Origin: Nageia nagi
Taxonomy: Eukaryota > Plantae > Pinophyta
Assembly: GCA_050084985.1 (NCBI GenBank)
Contig: JBITNC010000001.1
Span: 104,160,001 to 104,224,000 of the forward strand
Direction of reading: 5' to 3'
DNA: 64,000 nt
Shown here piece after piece: positions 39,391-52,140 of the stretch. The notes below the pieces were generated by a model. That model did no database searches. It had not been told where the DNA came from and worked only from the letters and a program-made list of their open reading frames with translations. Numbering within the stretch: the stretch's first letter is position 1; the number at the start of each line of letters is the position of its first letter. The position numbers were made by a program, and so were the translations under genes.

Positions 39391-40866
39391 CTAATTTCCA
39401 GCCGTCTTTGTAAAAATGGAGAAAAATCCCATCATTCTAGCTGCCAGAGATGTCACCGCGCTCTTACATAATGTTACATCATCTTTGAGAAATTCCTCAT
39501 ACACTTCCAAACAATATTTCTGCCTTAGCTCTACCTCTTCCTTGCTCATCCTTCTCAGAATGGGCACAATTCTGTGCATCTCCTTTGAAGGAAATTGCAG
39601 TATGCATCGATGCCACTGTATCAGAGTATCAAAGGGCTTCACGTAGTTATCAGCTATGAGCACTGGAATTGTTCCTCCGCTGAGAATCTCGGTAAATCTG
39701 TAAGAGTTGGGCTGAATGCCAGCAGGTGCCAGCCCAAACGTAGAGTTCATCAGATCTATATAATCCTGCCTATCATAGATGGCTTCGTCCTCAGTGCAGT
39801 TGGCCCCCAGTTTGGGTTCCTTCTTCCTCCACTCATCATTCACAGGATGTCTGCATGAAACGGCAACGATGATATCTTTGCCGTTGTGCATATTTCTGAA
39901 TGAGTCATGGCTTCTCAAAAGCCCTTCACCCTCATGACCTAAGTATCTCAGCCCCCTAAAGGTCAGGAAATATTTTCTGTCAAATGATTTGATTTGTTGA
40001 AGGTGTGTGAGCATCATGTGGGGTGGGAGTGTAATGCTGATGTCGAAGCCGGGTCGGTAGATTGTTTCGTGCATGTCGGTGATGAGAAGAGAAGCCATGC
40101 CTATGTTCTCCAGGGGCAAACCTGTCAATTTCCACATATCGTGAAAAGAGACCAATACATGGTTCATTCCACCATTCCAGTAAGGAAGAGTGCTCGGAGG
40201 TGCTGGTGGTGGATTGTGATATGGATCCAGAAGGTCCATATACACGAAAAACAAACAGGCCTTGTTGGGATCCTTGGTGAACCATTTTGTTGTGTTTAGC
40301 CATTAAAAGTAGCTGAAACAACACAACATCTTACTACGATATTGCAATCAAATTTATCTTGTAATGAAATCACGACAGCGAGCTTGAAATAGAAAACAAT
40401 TTTACCTGGTGCGCCGAGGTGGTAGATCATAGACGAAAATCTTGATGACATCCATGTTTTCACATCGTGAGTAATTGAAGCACACATCCATCGAACACCG
40501 CGGAAACAATACCGGATAATGCCAGGTCGTATTTTTTGCGTACCATGGGCCTTGTTTCTCAATTTGGCATGGCTTCTGTATCACATTTTCCTTCAGAAGT
40601 TGTGGTGATGTATTGTTAGATGCGGTAAAGGCATACGGAGATTGAGATAGACATATAGTGCAGTTGCACGCCTTCGCATTCTCAATTGGGAAGCTCCCAT
40701 TGCGTGATATACGATTTTTTTGAATCGTGACGAAGTGCTGGGAACAGCTAAATGCAAACTCACGCGTCTCCCTGAGAATAAACACCGGAAAACTCAAAAT
40801 GCTGAGAACCACAAATAAGACTGTGATGGAAGCAACAAGAAAACATTTTCGGCCTGAAATCTTCAT
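39391..40866 (-). pseudogene. GT47/exostosin-family glycosyltransferase (animal EXT1-like N-terminal domain), two exons, one in-frame premature TAA
   Basis: Exon 1 (40866-40406): MKISGRK, a type-II TM anchor, CSMDVCFNYSRC..KIFVYD. GT-AG intron 40405-40313. Exon 2 (40312-39391): DPNKACLF, WNGGMNH, RKYFLTFRGLRY, HNGKD, NSTFGLAPAG..SYRFTE.L..G.IPV, PF...IQW. TAA at 40305-40303. An in-frame upstream ATG at 41001 is an alternative start. Confidence 0.88.
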
Positions 40867-41022
40867 ACTGACTGTGTCTTTGAAGCCGTTGGAGCCGCGG
40901 GCATCTTCGTCGAACGCTGAGGTGTAATAGAAGATTGTAATCCTTTCTCTCTTCGCAGGACACCAGAAATGCCGAAAGAGGTATGCTTCCAAGAACATCA
41001 TAGTTGTGGTATAGCTAAAGAC

Positions 41023-41120
41023 AACAACTCATGCAACTCGTGGGCAGAAACTTAATGTATACCTCGTCGTTTGAGGCGATGAGAACTACTCGTGCAGCTC
41101 GTGGGCAGAAACTTATTGTA
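41023..41120. repeat. 37-bp direct repeat upstream of the exostosin gene (promoter/5' UTR)
   Basis: aacaactcatgcaactcgtgggcagaaacttaatgta (41023) and aactactcgtgcagctcgtgggcagaaacttattgta (41084). Confidence 0.75.
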
Positions 41121-41281
41121 CGACATCATACAGCAATTGGAGGATGTAGTTTCACCCTACACTGCGATTGTCCTTATTTCACAAGTAGGTTGTAGTTTAT
41201 AGTTTAAATCTATTTTGTATGACTATAAAAGGATTCATGGAATCAATTATTATATTCTCTTGTTGTTGTCCTTCTTCTCTT

Positions 41282-41284
<3 letters not shown>

Positions 41285-41330
<46 letters not shown>
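41285..41330. repeat. (AT)n microsatellite
   Basis: About 23 perfect AT units. Confidence 0.95.
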
Positions 41331-41332
<2 letters not shown>

Positions 41333-42479
41333 CTTGTTTCATCTCATAAAAATCATAATAAACCTAAAAATTATTCTACTTTTTTTTATAGTTGTTAGAG
41401 TTTTCATAACATTTCCAAAAAAACATCATAGAATCAATAAGAATTACCACAATGATTTGTAGTACAATATTATGTTCATTATCATTACATAAGTTAAATT
41501 ATTATAAATGTATTTAATCATCATGCTTTTAATTTTAATTTCTTAAAAGAATTTAGTTTTTATCTATTCATCAAGAATTATACATATTAATTTTTTTAAA
41601 AAATGAATAAATTAACAATTCTTTGTATCATATTAATTTATTTCTTAATTAAATCCTTATAATCATTACACAAACTTTTTATTAGAGAAAATAAGTATTT
41701 AATGAGTTGGACAAACAAAATCCAACTTCTTTCATATAAACCTAAGAAACAACTATTAAATTTTTAAATATTATCCAAAATGGTAGTGCATTTTTGATAA
41801 AAATGATTACAACTCCTAAAACTATTATATCAATATCTTTTCTCATAAATATGATTCATCCTTATCTCAGAAAAATGGTAGGAAAAAATAGAATATCTAA
41901 ACATAGCACTTCAAAAATTCCTTACAATCTTAATAACTATACATTTACTACTTCAAAATGTCATGCACCTTATTTATTAATGATCAATCATCACTAGATA
42001 AAGATTTTCGTTAATCAAAATTCATTAGTAAAAGCTAAGCAAAGTTTTATTAATCTATCATTCCATAATTTCGGGCATTTATATTTTCTTAATTTTATTT
42101 CAAATCTTTGTGTTAGTTTAATCAAACTTTCTTTATTTAAGGTTAATCAAATTTCATTTATACATACTAAACATAGTTTAATTACACATATGTGTTAAAT
42201 TGAAAAAATAATCTTATGATCATCTCTTCAATATTCTTGAATGATTATTGAGTTAATCAAACTCTATTTAATCGTTATAAATTAAGTTTGATTAACCCAA
42301 TATAAACAAAAAATATTTTTCACCAACTAACACATGTAACACCTAATTAAATTGATTCAATTTTGTTTAATCATGAGTGTTTATCCTTTTGTGTAATGAA
42401 ATTTAAAAATCTTCACCAACCAACTTACATGCTATCTATTTAATTTGAATCATTATTTTTATGTATCAAACTCTAAGTT

Positions 42480-43556
42480 TTTTCATTGTAGAAGCTCGGT
42501 TCCTCTAGGAACCATTTTTTCCACAATGCATCTTGTTAAATAATTGAATATACCTTATACTTTTCCTCTATATTTTTCATACATCTCTTGCTAGATTAAT
42601 TTTTGCATGCATGTCTTGTACATTCATTTTTTAGATGCATGTCTTACTATATTAATTTTTGCATGCATGTCTTACTAGATTGATTTTTGCATGCATACCT
42701 TTCGATATATAAAATGAGAAAAAATGTTAATCCATCCTATTTCTCAAACTAAATGTAAAGCTTTTTGGCTAAATTATGCAAATCAAAAAGTTTTAGGGAT
42801 TCAAAACATCCTACCTTGAAAGAAATTTTTGTCCTGCCCATATGAATATTGAGGTTTATCATGTATTTTTGGTCTTCATGTAATATTATCAGGCTTCATC
42901 ATTATTTATCCCGATTCCTCATACATTATAGTCTTTATGACATATTATCAGGCTCCCTAATTCATTTTGAGACATCCTTGTTGTCCTAATGAATTTTATA
43001 CCCTAAAATTAGTCCATTCCATAAATCTGTGTATGCATCATGCATCTTATTAAATATATCTTGGGATTTATGTAATCTTTCATATTTTGCTTATGCATGT
43101 GATAATTGCATCTGCTTAAAAGTCTCTAGAGCCTTTTGAAAAACCCATTTTGTGAAAATCCTCAAGACCATTGCATTCATGATATTGTGTCTGCATGATT
43201 CCTTGTTTTCATCATTTTCAATCTTAATGGATTGTTATCGAGCTTTAGGTACAATTTCGGGCATCATCTTCTCTTTTTGGGCATCATATTCCATTATCGG
43301 GCTTCAGGGTACAATGTCGGGTTTCTTCTTCTACTATCCAACATCATCTCCCATTATCGATCTTTAGGGTACAATGTCGGGCATCATCTTATATTGTCGG
43401 GCATTATCTCATATTATCGATCATCCTTATACATTTTTAGTCATCCTTATAAATAGTCATGCATCATCTTCCATTTTTGAGCATCCTTTTCTATTTTTCG
43501 GGCTTCATCATGGCTTGTAGCGATTCATAAATGGCTATCAGGACATTCAAAACAAC
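42480..43556 (-). mobile_element. Fragment of an antisense LTR retrotransposon 3' region (PPT/LTR boundary plus tandem repeats)
   Basis: Reverse strand at ~42790-42840 reads GGACAAAAATTTCTTTCAAGGTAGGA-TGTTTTG, similar to chromovirus PPT-LTR junctions. ~28-bp repeats at 42590-42700 and 60-bp repeats at 43231-43420. Confidence 0.4.
43231..43420. repeat. Three 60-bp tandem units built from ~20-bp TCGGGCATCAT subunits
   Basis: ttatcg...(g)ggtacaat(g/t)tcggg recurs at a 60-bp period. Confidence 0.85.
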
Positions 43557-46500
43557 TATTGACAGAATCATTGTATATCTTTGTATATGTTTGTATATAT
43601 CTTTACACCTATAGTTTCCTTATTTTTACTGTAGGTTTCCTTAAAATAAGGAATCACTTTCTATTCCAACATTTGGTATAGTCCATCTTTCCTATATATA
43701 TTTAAATGATGTTAATGAGAAAGAAATCAATTTTGTCACCAATATTCCAATTTTGACATGGTATCAGAGAAATAATTTGAAAAGATTATTTTTTTCTCTT
43801 CCTCTTACAACTCTCTGCAATCGATCTGCCTTTTCTATATTCTTAACAATGGCGGATACTAGCATCCCATCCTCCCTTGATGCCATTAATAATCCTTTCT
43901 TCCTGCATCCATCAGATAATCTAGGGACTAATCTCTTCAGCCATCCTCTCACTGGTGACAACTACAGTACTTGGTGCCACACCATGCTCATGGCACTCAT
44001 GGCAAAAAACAAGGTAGGCTTCATTGATGGGACCATTCCCAAACCTGCAACAGACCATGCAGACCACCCTGCTTGGGTTAGGGTCAACAACATGGTTTCC
44101 TCATGGTTGTTGAACTCCATCCATCGTGATCTGGCTCCCTTTGTCCTCTATGCTGATTCTACTTCTGTTATATGGAAAGACTTGCATGATCGTTTCTCTC
44201 CATCCAATGGACCTCGTATCTTCTCTTTGGAGTGAGCGATTGCCACTCTGCAATAGAATAATGATTCTGTTGCCAAATACTACAATACCTTGAAAAGCTG
44301 TTGGGATGAACTGTCCACATACATCACTTTGCCTGCATGCACTTGCAACGTCGCTCACACCTTTGCTGAGCACTCTCAAAATCGATGGTTAATGCAATTT
44401 CTCATGGGACTAAGCGATACGTATGCACATGCTCGTAGCTAGATTTTGCTCATGGATCCGCTCTCTTCTCTAGGTCGTGCTTATTCCTTGATCCTACAAG
44501 ATGAGTCACAGCACCTTCTTCAATCTCTACCTACATCTGATGGCTCAGCCATGATGGCTTCTTCTACAAATGCTGCTTCGGGCTCTCATGCAAATGCAGC
44601 TGTATGTTCTCATTCGACTGATCAATGTCCAAAATACAAATCCAAGGAGCATTGTACTTACTACCATATCCTTGGTCACACCTGTGATGTCTGTTACAAG
44701 TTGAACGGTTACCCACCAAATCATAAATTTGGAAACTGTCCACCAAAATGTCAAGGGCCTTCTAATTCCAACACATCTTCGGCTCCTTCCACGGCTTCTA
44801 CGACACCTCCTCTTACTTCTGATTAGTACCAACGGTTGCTAAGCTTGTTGAATGAGGTAACTGCTCAGTCTACTACCAACCTTACAGGTATGCCTCTTTG
44901 CTTACACTCATATGTTCATTCACCTTCCACATGGATAATAGACTCAGGGGCTTCTGATCATGTCATTGCTGTTCTTGACTTATTGCATAATACCCATCCG
45001 CCATCAGTTTCTTCCTCATCTATTTGCATACCGGATGGTAGTTTCATACCAATCACATGTTCTGGGCAATCTAAACTCACTCCCAATATCACCCTTTTCA
45101 ATGTTTTGTGTGCACCTACTTTTAAACATAATCTTCTTTCAGTTCACAAACTCACCATTCATTTAAACTGCTCAGTAACATTTTTTCCCTCTTATTGTAT
45201 TTTTCAGGACCTCTCGATGAGGAAGGAGATTGGTCGGGGCCATGAACGCGGAGGTCTCTACTATCTTGATCTTGACCCATCCCATGTTGCCCTTGCATCT
45301 ACATCCCTTTCATTCGAACTATGGCATCAATGATTAGGCCATCCCACTCCAGACTGACTCAATAAATTACAGACTACTCTCTCTTTTTCATCTAATAATG
45401 TTCCTTCTACCTGTGATATTTGCCCTCTTGCAAAGCAGCATCGTTTATCTTTCCCATCTAGTTCGATTTGTACTACTGTACCTTTTGAATTAATACATTA
45501 CGATATTTGGGGATGTTATTCTAGTTCAACCAATGGTGCTCATTATTTTTTAACTATTGTTGATGATTTTGCACGTTGCACATGGACATTTCTTAGGAAA
45601 TTTAAGTCTGATACTTATGGCCTTATTTGGAATTTTTTTGTACATGTTCAAACTCAATATAATTGTTCAATTAAACAAATCCGAACTGATAATAGTTCTA
45701 AATTTTTTTCCAAGGTTATGCAATCCTTTTTCAATAATCATGGTGTTCTCCACCAACATAGTTGCGTTGCCACACCCCAACAAAATGGTGTCGTTGAACG
45801 AAAGCACCATCATCTTCTAAACGTAGCTCGTGCACTTCGCTTCCAAGCTCAACTCCCTCCTTCCTTTTGGAGTGATTGCATTCTCACTGCTACATATTTG
45901 ATCAACCACATTCCAACACCCATTCTTAATGGTTGCACACCCTATGAGATCCTCTTTCAAAAGCCTCCCTCATATGACCATTTAAGAGTCTTTGGTTGCC
46001 TTTGTTATGCCTCCTATGGGCATTTACACCATGATAAATTTGGACCTCGAGCAAGACGGTGTATTTTTGTTGGCTACCCTCTTGGACAAAAAGGCTACCG
46101 TCTCTTTGATCTTGAAACACATCAGTACTTTTCTAGCAGAGATGTTGTCTTTCACGAAACTATTTTTCCTTAAACAGACCATTCCACAGAACAAAATATT
46201 GTCCTACCTCTTCCCATTCCTGATTACTCTTTTATAACCACCTCTTCACCCATTTCGGTTGTACCTACTTCTATACAGAATGATCCACCTCTGGAGCACA
46301 CCCTCAAGCCTAGTCCCCACACCTCTTCCGAAATCACAAACCCACCCTCCTCACCTCCTACACCCACCCCACAACCCACTAGCCCACAAGCCACAGCTCC
46401 ATCTAATGATACACGTCGATCCAGCAGATCCACTCGCCCACCATCCCATCTACGAGATTATTTCTGCGGTCATGTACACCCCACCACTGATTCTTCCATG

Positions 46501-47040
46501 AGTGGTCCTGCGTCGATAGGTATACAATATCCAATTTCTCATTTCCTCTCTTATGATAAGTTTAGCCCTACCCATCGTACATTTCTTTGCTCAATTTCTA
46601 ATGAATAGGAACCCACCTCTTTTAATGTGGCTAACAAACATCCTAAGTGGAAGGAAGCAATGGCAGCTGAGATTAAAGCATTAGAGCAAACCAATACATG
46701 GACTCTCACCACTTTACCTCCAGGGAAGCATCCTATTGGCTGCAAATGGGTTTATAAAATCAAGCACCGATCAGATGGTTCCATCGAGCGATACAAAGCT
46801 CGACTTGTTGCTAAGGGCTTCACTCAGACTAAGGGCTTGGACTATAATGAGACTTTTGCCCCTGTTGCCAAACTTGTTACTGTGCGTTGTCTCTTAGCTG
46901 TTGCCACCATCCGGGGTTGGCCTTTATATCAGATGGATGTCAACAAGGCTTTTCTTCATGGTGACTTAGATGAGGAAGTTTACATGAAAATTCCACCTGG
47001 ATTCTCCAAACAGGGGGAGCATCGAGTTTGCCGTCTTAAC
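43557..47040 (+). mobile_element. Ty1/copia (Ale/Retrofit-like) retrotransposon, 5' LTR through mid-RT, 3' half deleted
   Basis: ~200-bp LTR ending GACA (43758), PBS TGGTATCAGAG (43759-43769), gag (FLHPSD..LTGDNYSTW), zinc knuckle GH..DVCYKLNGYP, protease WIIDSGASDH, integrase [44 protein letters not shown]. One reading frame with a few stops, mostly C>T type. Confidence 0.93.
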
Positions 47041-47285
47041 TTTGTATATGATAATTGCATTGGTTCAATACATGTAGTGCAATTGCAGGTATTTGCACCT
47101 CCGATTGAGAAGCTTCCGTTACGTGATCTGCAATAGTCGTCTGTAATCACCAGTTTGTGGAAAGAGTTTACGATGGACGGCCAGTTGTCAGCCGAGATTA
47201 TGAAGTCCAAACTGAAAACGCTAACAACTATAATAATGATTATGAAGGCAGTGAGAATGAAACAAGTTTTTCTTCCGCCTGACAT
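47041..47285 (-). pseudogene. 5' fragment of a second exostosin/GT47 paralog
   Basis: MSGGRKTCFILTAFIIIIIVVSVFSLDF...[19 protein letters not shown] aligns with MKISGRKCFLVASITVLFVVLSILSF...SRNGSFPIENAKACNCTIC of the 40866 gene. It is cut off at the copia junction. Confidence 0.82.
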
Positions 47286-50200
47286 TCTCGCAGCCTCTTC
47301 TGAAAGATACTTTGCACATAGACGAGCAATAATACTACTTCTGTATCATGCGATCAAGAAAGTGGACGCTGAAGATCTTAGCCAAAGGGATTTGAATCGC
47401 TGGAGTCAACTGTCTTGTGAGTTGTGTTTGACTTAATTTGATCTATTGCATTGGTAAAATTTTTTGAGTGTGTTAAGAAGGTCGCAGGGTCAATTTTGAC
47501 GGATTGCATGATAACACACAAGACAGTTACCATTTGCCGGCCTGAATAATTTACTAATAGAGTGCCATGTGAAAGAAATACAGAAGTGGAGGCGAAGACA
47601 CGGCATTCGATCACCACTTCAATCGAGGGTTTTCAGAGTGGAAAGCCGGAAGGCAAGGCTTTAGAGTTAATTGAGTAAAATGGACACCTCCGCCCCACAA
47701 AGCAGAATGGACAGAATATGTGAAGATTTCCTGGATGTCAAACCCTACCAAATATGAAAACCTTCCAAATAGAAATGTGGACATATGAAATGACTATAAA
47801 GATAAAACAAAAAATTGCAATGGAAGGAATAGTCCAAATAACGTCAGAATTTCAATTGAATAGCCAAATCATTTAAGAACAGCAACTGAATCATAGTATT
47901 ATACATATAAGATTAACGTGTTGATTAAAATAAGAAAACCAGTAACTCCAACTATCTTTGAGTATATTTTAACCATTATTTATGTTATGAATTAACATAA
48001 AATAATAACTTGTACTGTTCTAAAGAATGATAGAAATTCAATTTTCAATCTTCTACGTAAGAGTTTTTGTATTCAAATAATGTTTTTGTATATGATTTAT
48101 TCGTAAAATTAAGTTAATTTTGAAGGGTAATGGCTATCTAGTTTAATAAACATACCCTCATACCCCTTGTTAATTTTTGTAGGGTCTATTCACTTTCTAG
48201 TAATAGACAAAAGAAAATGAACTATATATGTACAACATATATAAAAAAATTGCTACAGCTTAGCTCCTCTTTCCTTTGCTCAGCTCCCCTTGTGGAAGAC
48301 ACACACATTATTAATGCAACACAAATATGCAACATGAACACCTTAAATTTATGCACTACCAATGACCCACAAACACACACTATGGACATCTGCAACTTAT
48401 GTCCCACCTTCTTGGTTGGCAATGGTAGAGTCCATCTAGCTTTTGTTACCAAGTCAACAAGTATGAGCATGCACATATGCATCATCATCGCCCCACAAAT
48501 ACAAATTGCAAGTGCTTGTAAATATGGTTCATGAATGCATACACATATATGCCAAAAATGGATCCCACATAGGTACTATGAATTTAATTACACACGTACA
48601 TCAAATGTAAAGGGACATACTTTGAGAAACATCATTTCACCCTACATGAATTTCACCAACCCAATTCATTTCAAGTGAGTAGGATCAGAATGTAGGATTT
48701 AGCTAGAGATAATGCCTCCATATATGTACTAGGAATAACCCTATAAGTATACCTTGAATAGAGGCACATATGCGCCATAAATGAAAAAGCAGATCTCTTG
48801 AGATAAATCTTATCACCTTGCATGAACAACATTAACCCAATTCATTTTGAATGAGTGAGATGTTGAAGAAGGATTTTGCTAAAGCTTAATGGATAAGTAG
48901 CATTAAATCTTAGCAAAGTGAATTTCCACATATTTGTCCCTTTTTATTGTATTCTAATGGATGGATGTAATAATTGGTGCATAATGTATAATTAAAATAG
49001 TGCATGAAACTATGTTTGCATCATGCATCTTTTCAAACAACTCTTGGGTTTATGTAATTTTTTTATACTTTACATACATGTTTATTTCATATTTCACTAC
49101 CTTAACATTCAATGAGAAATCATATATTTGCATCATGAATATTTTCAAACAATTCCTTAGTCTTATGTATTATTCCATATTTTGCATACATATTTACCAT
49201 GATGTTCATAACCACAACATTCAGTGAAAATCACTTTTTGTAGATCATACAATCATTGTTGTCCATGAAACTATGTTCATATTTGTATCTTCTTTAAAAA
49301 ATTATGGGCATTTAGTATTCTTGTATATTTTGCATGTATGTTTATAATGGTATTCACAACCACATCATTCGATGAACAACTATTTATGCATATCATATGA
49401 TCATTTTATTATATGAACCTATATTTAGAATACATCTTAAAGAATAATACATCTTTTGAAAGTGTGTTTGTAACATGCATCATCAATTTATTTTTATAAA
49501 TTTCATTAAAAATTAAATTACTAAAATTATTGATATACAATTTTGAAAGTGTGGATACAATTATTAGTATTTAATATTTAAATTTTGTTTTAATATTATT
49601 TAATTATTTCATACTATAAACATATTACTCATTACATATATTTCATTTATTATATAACTTTATTTTAAATAATAAATAATTTTAAAAGAGTGAAGCGATT
49701 TACAAACTTTTAATGTTTAGCTTTTAATAAAAAAAGATTTTAAAATAAAACATCACATAACATCTTTTTATTACAAATAAAAGCAAGAACACATAAAGAG
49801 AACCTCATTGATCTCCCTTCCATTTTCTTCTCATTGAATCCTTTGAAATTCTAAAATCAATTTTGACTTATCAATAACTCTAAGCCTTGAAAATATGGAG
49901 CGAAGGAAAAAAGAGAACTCCCAAGGTTCTACCCATTACTAAAACCTCCATAACCTACTCAAGTAAACTTATTAAATATTATATAATATTATATTAATTT
50001 AATATAATGTTTTGTTAAATACTGTATTTAACATTCACACATATTTTCAATCCAAGAATATAATATTTCAATATATATATTTCCAAGCAATATTATATAT
50101 TTTTATTTTATTTATTAAATTAATAATAATAGGTATATTATAATTATTATTCAATAATAATTATAATATCCTATTTCATACAATATCTATTGAACATGTT

Positions 50201-50449
50201 ATTAATTAATTAATTATCACTTAATTATTTTACATTATAACATTAAAATAAATTTAGTTTCTTTAAGTAGATCAATGGCTCATATCATTCATCATTTCTT
50301 CAAAAATAGTAACACATAATAAATAGCAATAATAAGACTTATTTATATTTTACTAATAATTAAGTATTATTTTTTCAGAATAAGATTAACTATTTATTTT
50401 TATGACTTGTAGGTCATAAATGTTAGTCAAAGTTATCTTCAAGAACTAA

Positions 50450-52140
50450 TATATCAAGCTTAGGAAAGAGGTATTAAAAATTGAGACATGAAAATGATTA
50501 TTATTTATTCATAAAATTTTAGATTAAGATACTATCCACCAATCCCTATGCTTTTATATAAATTATGGACCCTCATACTCAACATTTCTAGTAATCCTTA
50601 ACCCATCATCTAGATGTGGTATCCAATTAGAACTTCAATTAGGCAAAATTAAGAATTAGCTTAGGTTTAATTAAGTGAATTTATTAGTATATCTCAAAAA
50701 CTATTTTTGATGGATATGGTATAAGTTGAGGCCTACCAAATTTCTTGATGAACTACTAAGGATGATAAAACTCTATAAATTTATTATTTTCTTAGTTAAA
50801 GGAAGGTGTCCATTGCCAAATAATCTTTTATACCTCATCATCCCACTTACAATCAATATATGCTCTAGAGAATATCTAATTAGGCTAATTATTCTTCAAT
50901 ACAAACCTCCATGCCTCTATCCACCTATTCACCCTTTTAATATTATTGTTGAAGGTCCAATACTACTAAGTATAAAGATCATCATAGTATGATAATTAAT
51001 GTAGTTCTCGAGGAGTAAACACTCACACATCTTCTTAAACCTAGTATTAAAGAATAAATGATTGAGAACCCTTCTTAACATTCTTATAAATAATCATAAA
51101 GTTGTATAGATCATAATGTATCTAATGTAGGGAGCATAGAAACTAAGAAAATATCTTACACTTCATCATAGGAATGAGGCTGAATAAAAATATCTACACA
51201 TTCTTGTCAAAATACACAATGTTATCAATATATATGGATATGACAAGATAAATAAACTTACCACAATGAGGGTACCCCTTGATGCCATGATTATTAAAAG
51301 ATCCCTACTTTGATTGATCATTATTCTTTATACTCATAAACCACTTGGAAAGACTATTCATATGCAGTAATTAACTAATCCTTTATGGACATAACCTTCC
51401 CTTAAAGGATTTGATAAATATATTTGATCATATTGGGAATTGTACCTCTAAGAAGGTAAAATATATTGGTATTATTATCTACCCTTATACAACTTGTATT
51501 GCATGTTCCATTCCCAGTATGAGATGTACATGCTATGTACTAGCCCACTACTATCATCTCATTGACCATTGTTCATCCCCTATAGATGTTAATATACTTT
51601 CTTTCCTTCTTTATTTTTTTATAGGTACATATAACTTGTATCCATTCACATGGGATCTATACTCAATAAAGATTTTTTTTTAGTCAATTTGTTATTTATT
51701 TATTTTCCTTTATAGACATAATACAATTCTTCATTTAAAAATACCTTCAAATAGTTGATGGATGTATTCCTTCCCACTTAGGATTTGCAATCTATTATAT
51801 CATCTAGTATAGTATCTAGTGATAGAGTGATTAGGTAGGTAGAAGTTATCAATGATTTTAACAAAATTCTATTTTTCATTCTACTAAATTTCAATATACA
51901 TTATAATTTATCTTATATCTAATAATTTATTCTTTTTCCATCTATATTGTTAGGAGACTAGGATTCCTAAAGAGTTATCTTTTGGTGTATAACTCTGAAC
52001 TCTTAAGTAGGATACAAAATTATTTGAATAATACTCCCCTCATTGTCTAAGTAAAATTATATTATCCTTATTACCTTATTACTTTCTAGCATTATGTTTG
52101 ATTCTTAAAATTTACTAAATTATTCATAATTTGACTTTGA
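50450..52140 (-). mobile_element. Highly decayed retroelement-like remnant
   Basis: Only weak gag/pol-like composition on the minus strand; no firm motif. Confidence 0.2.

Noticed and set aside
39416-40927. Plus-strand and alternate-frame ORFs over the exostosin gene (e.g. 39994-40299, 39980-40324, 40296-40562)
   Set aside because: Shadow ORFs of a GC-richer coding region. The apparent frameshift is explained by the 93-nt intron.
43231-43420. CRISPR-like regularly spaced repeats
   Set aside because: The 'spacers' are themselves degenerate copies of the 20-bp subunit, the context is eukaryotic TE sequence, and there are no cas genes.
48217-48534. Overlapping 105-aa and 88-aa ORFs in a GC-richer patch
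   Set aside because: No recognisable domain or splice structure. It lies among degenerate direct repeats (48650-49450) and is probably TE-derived.
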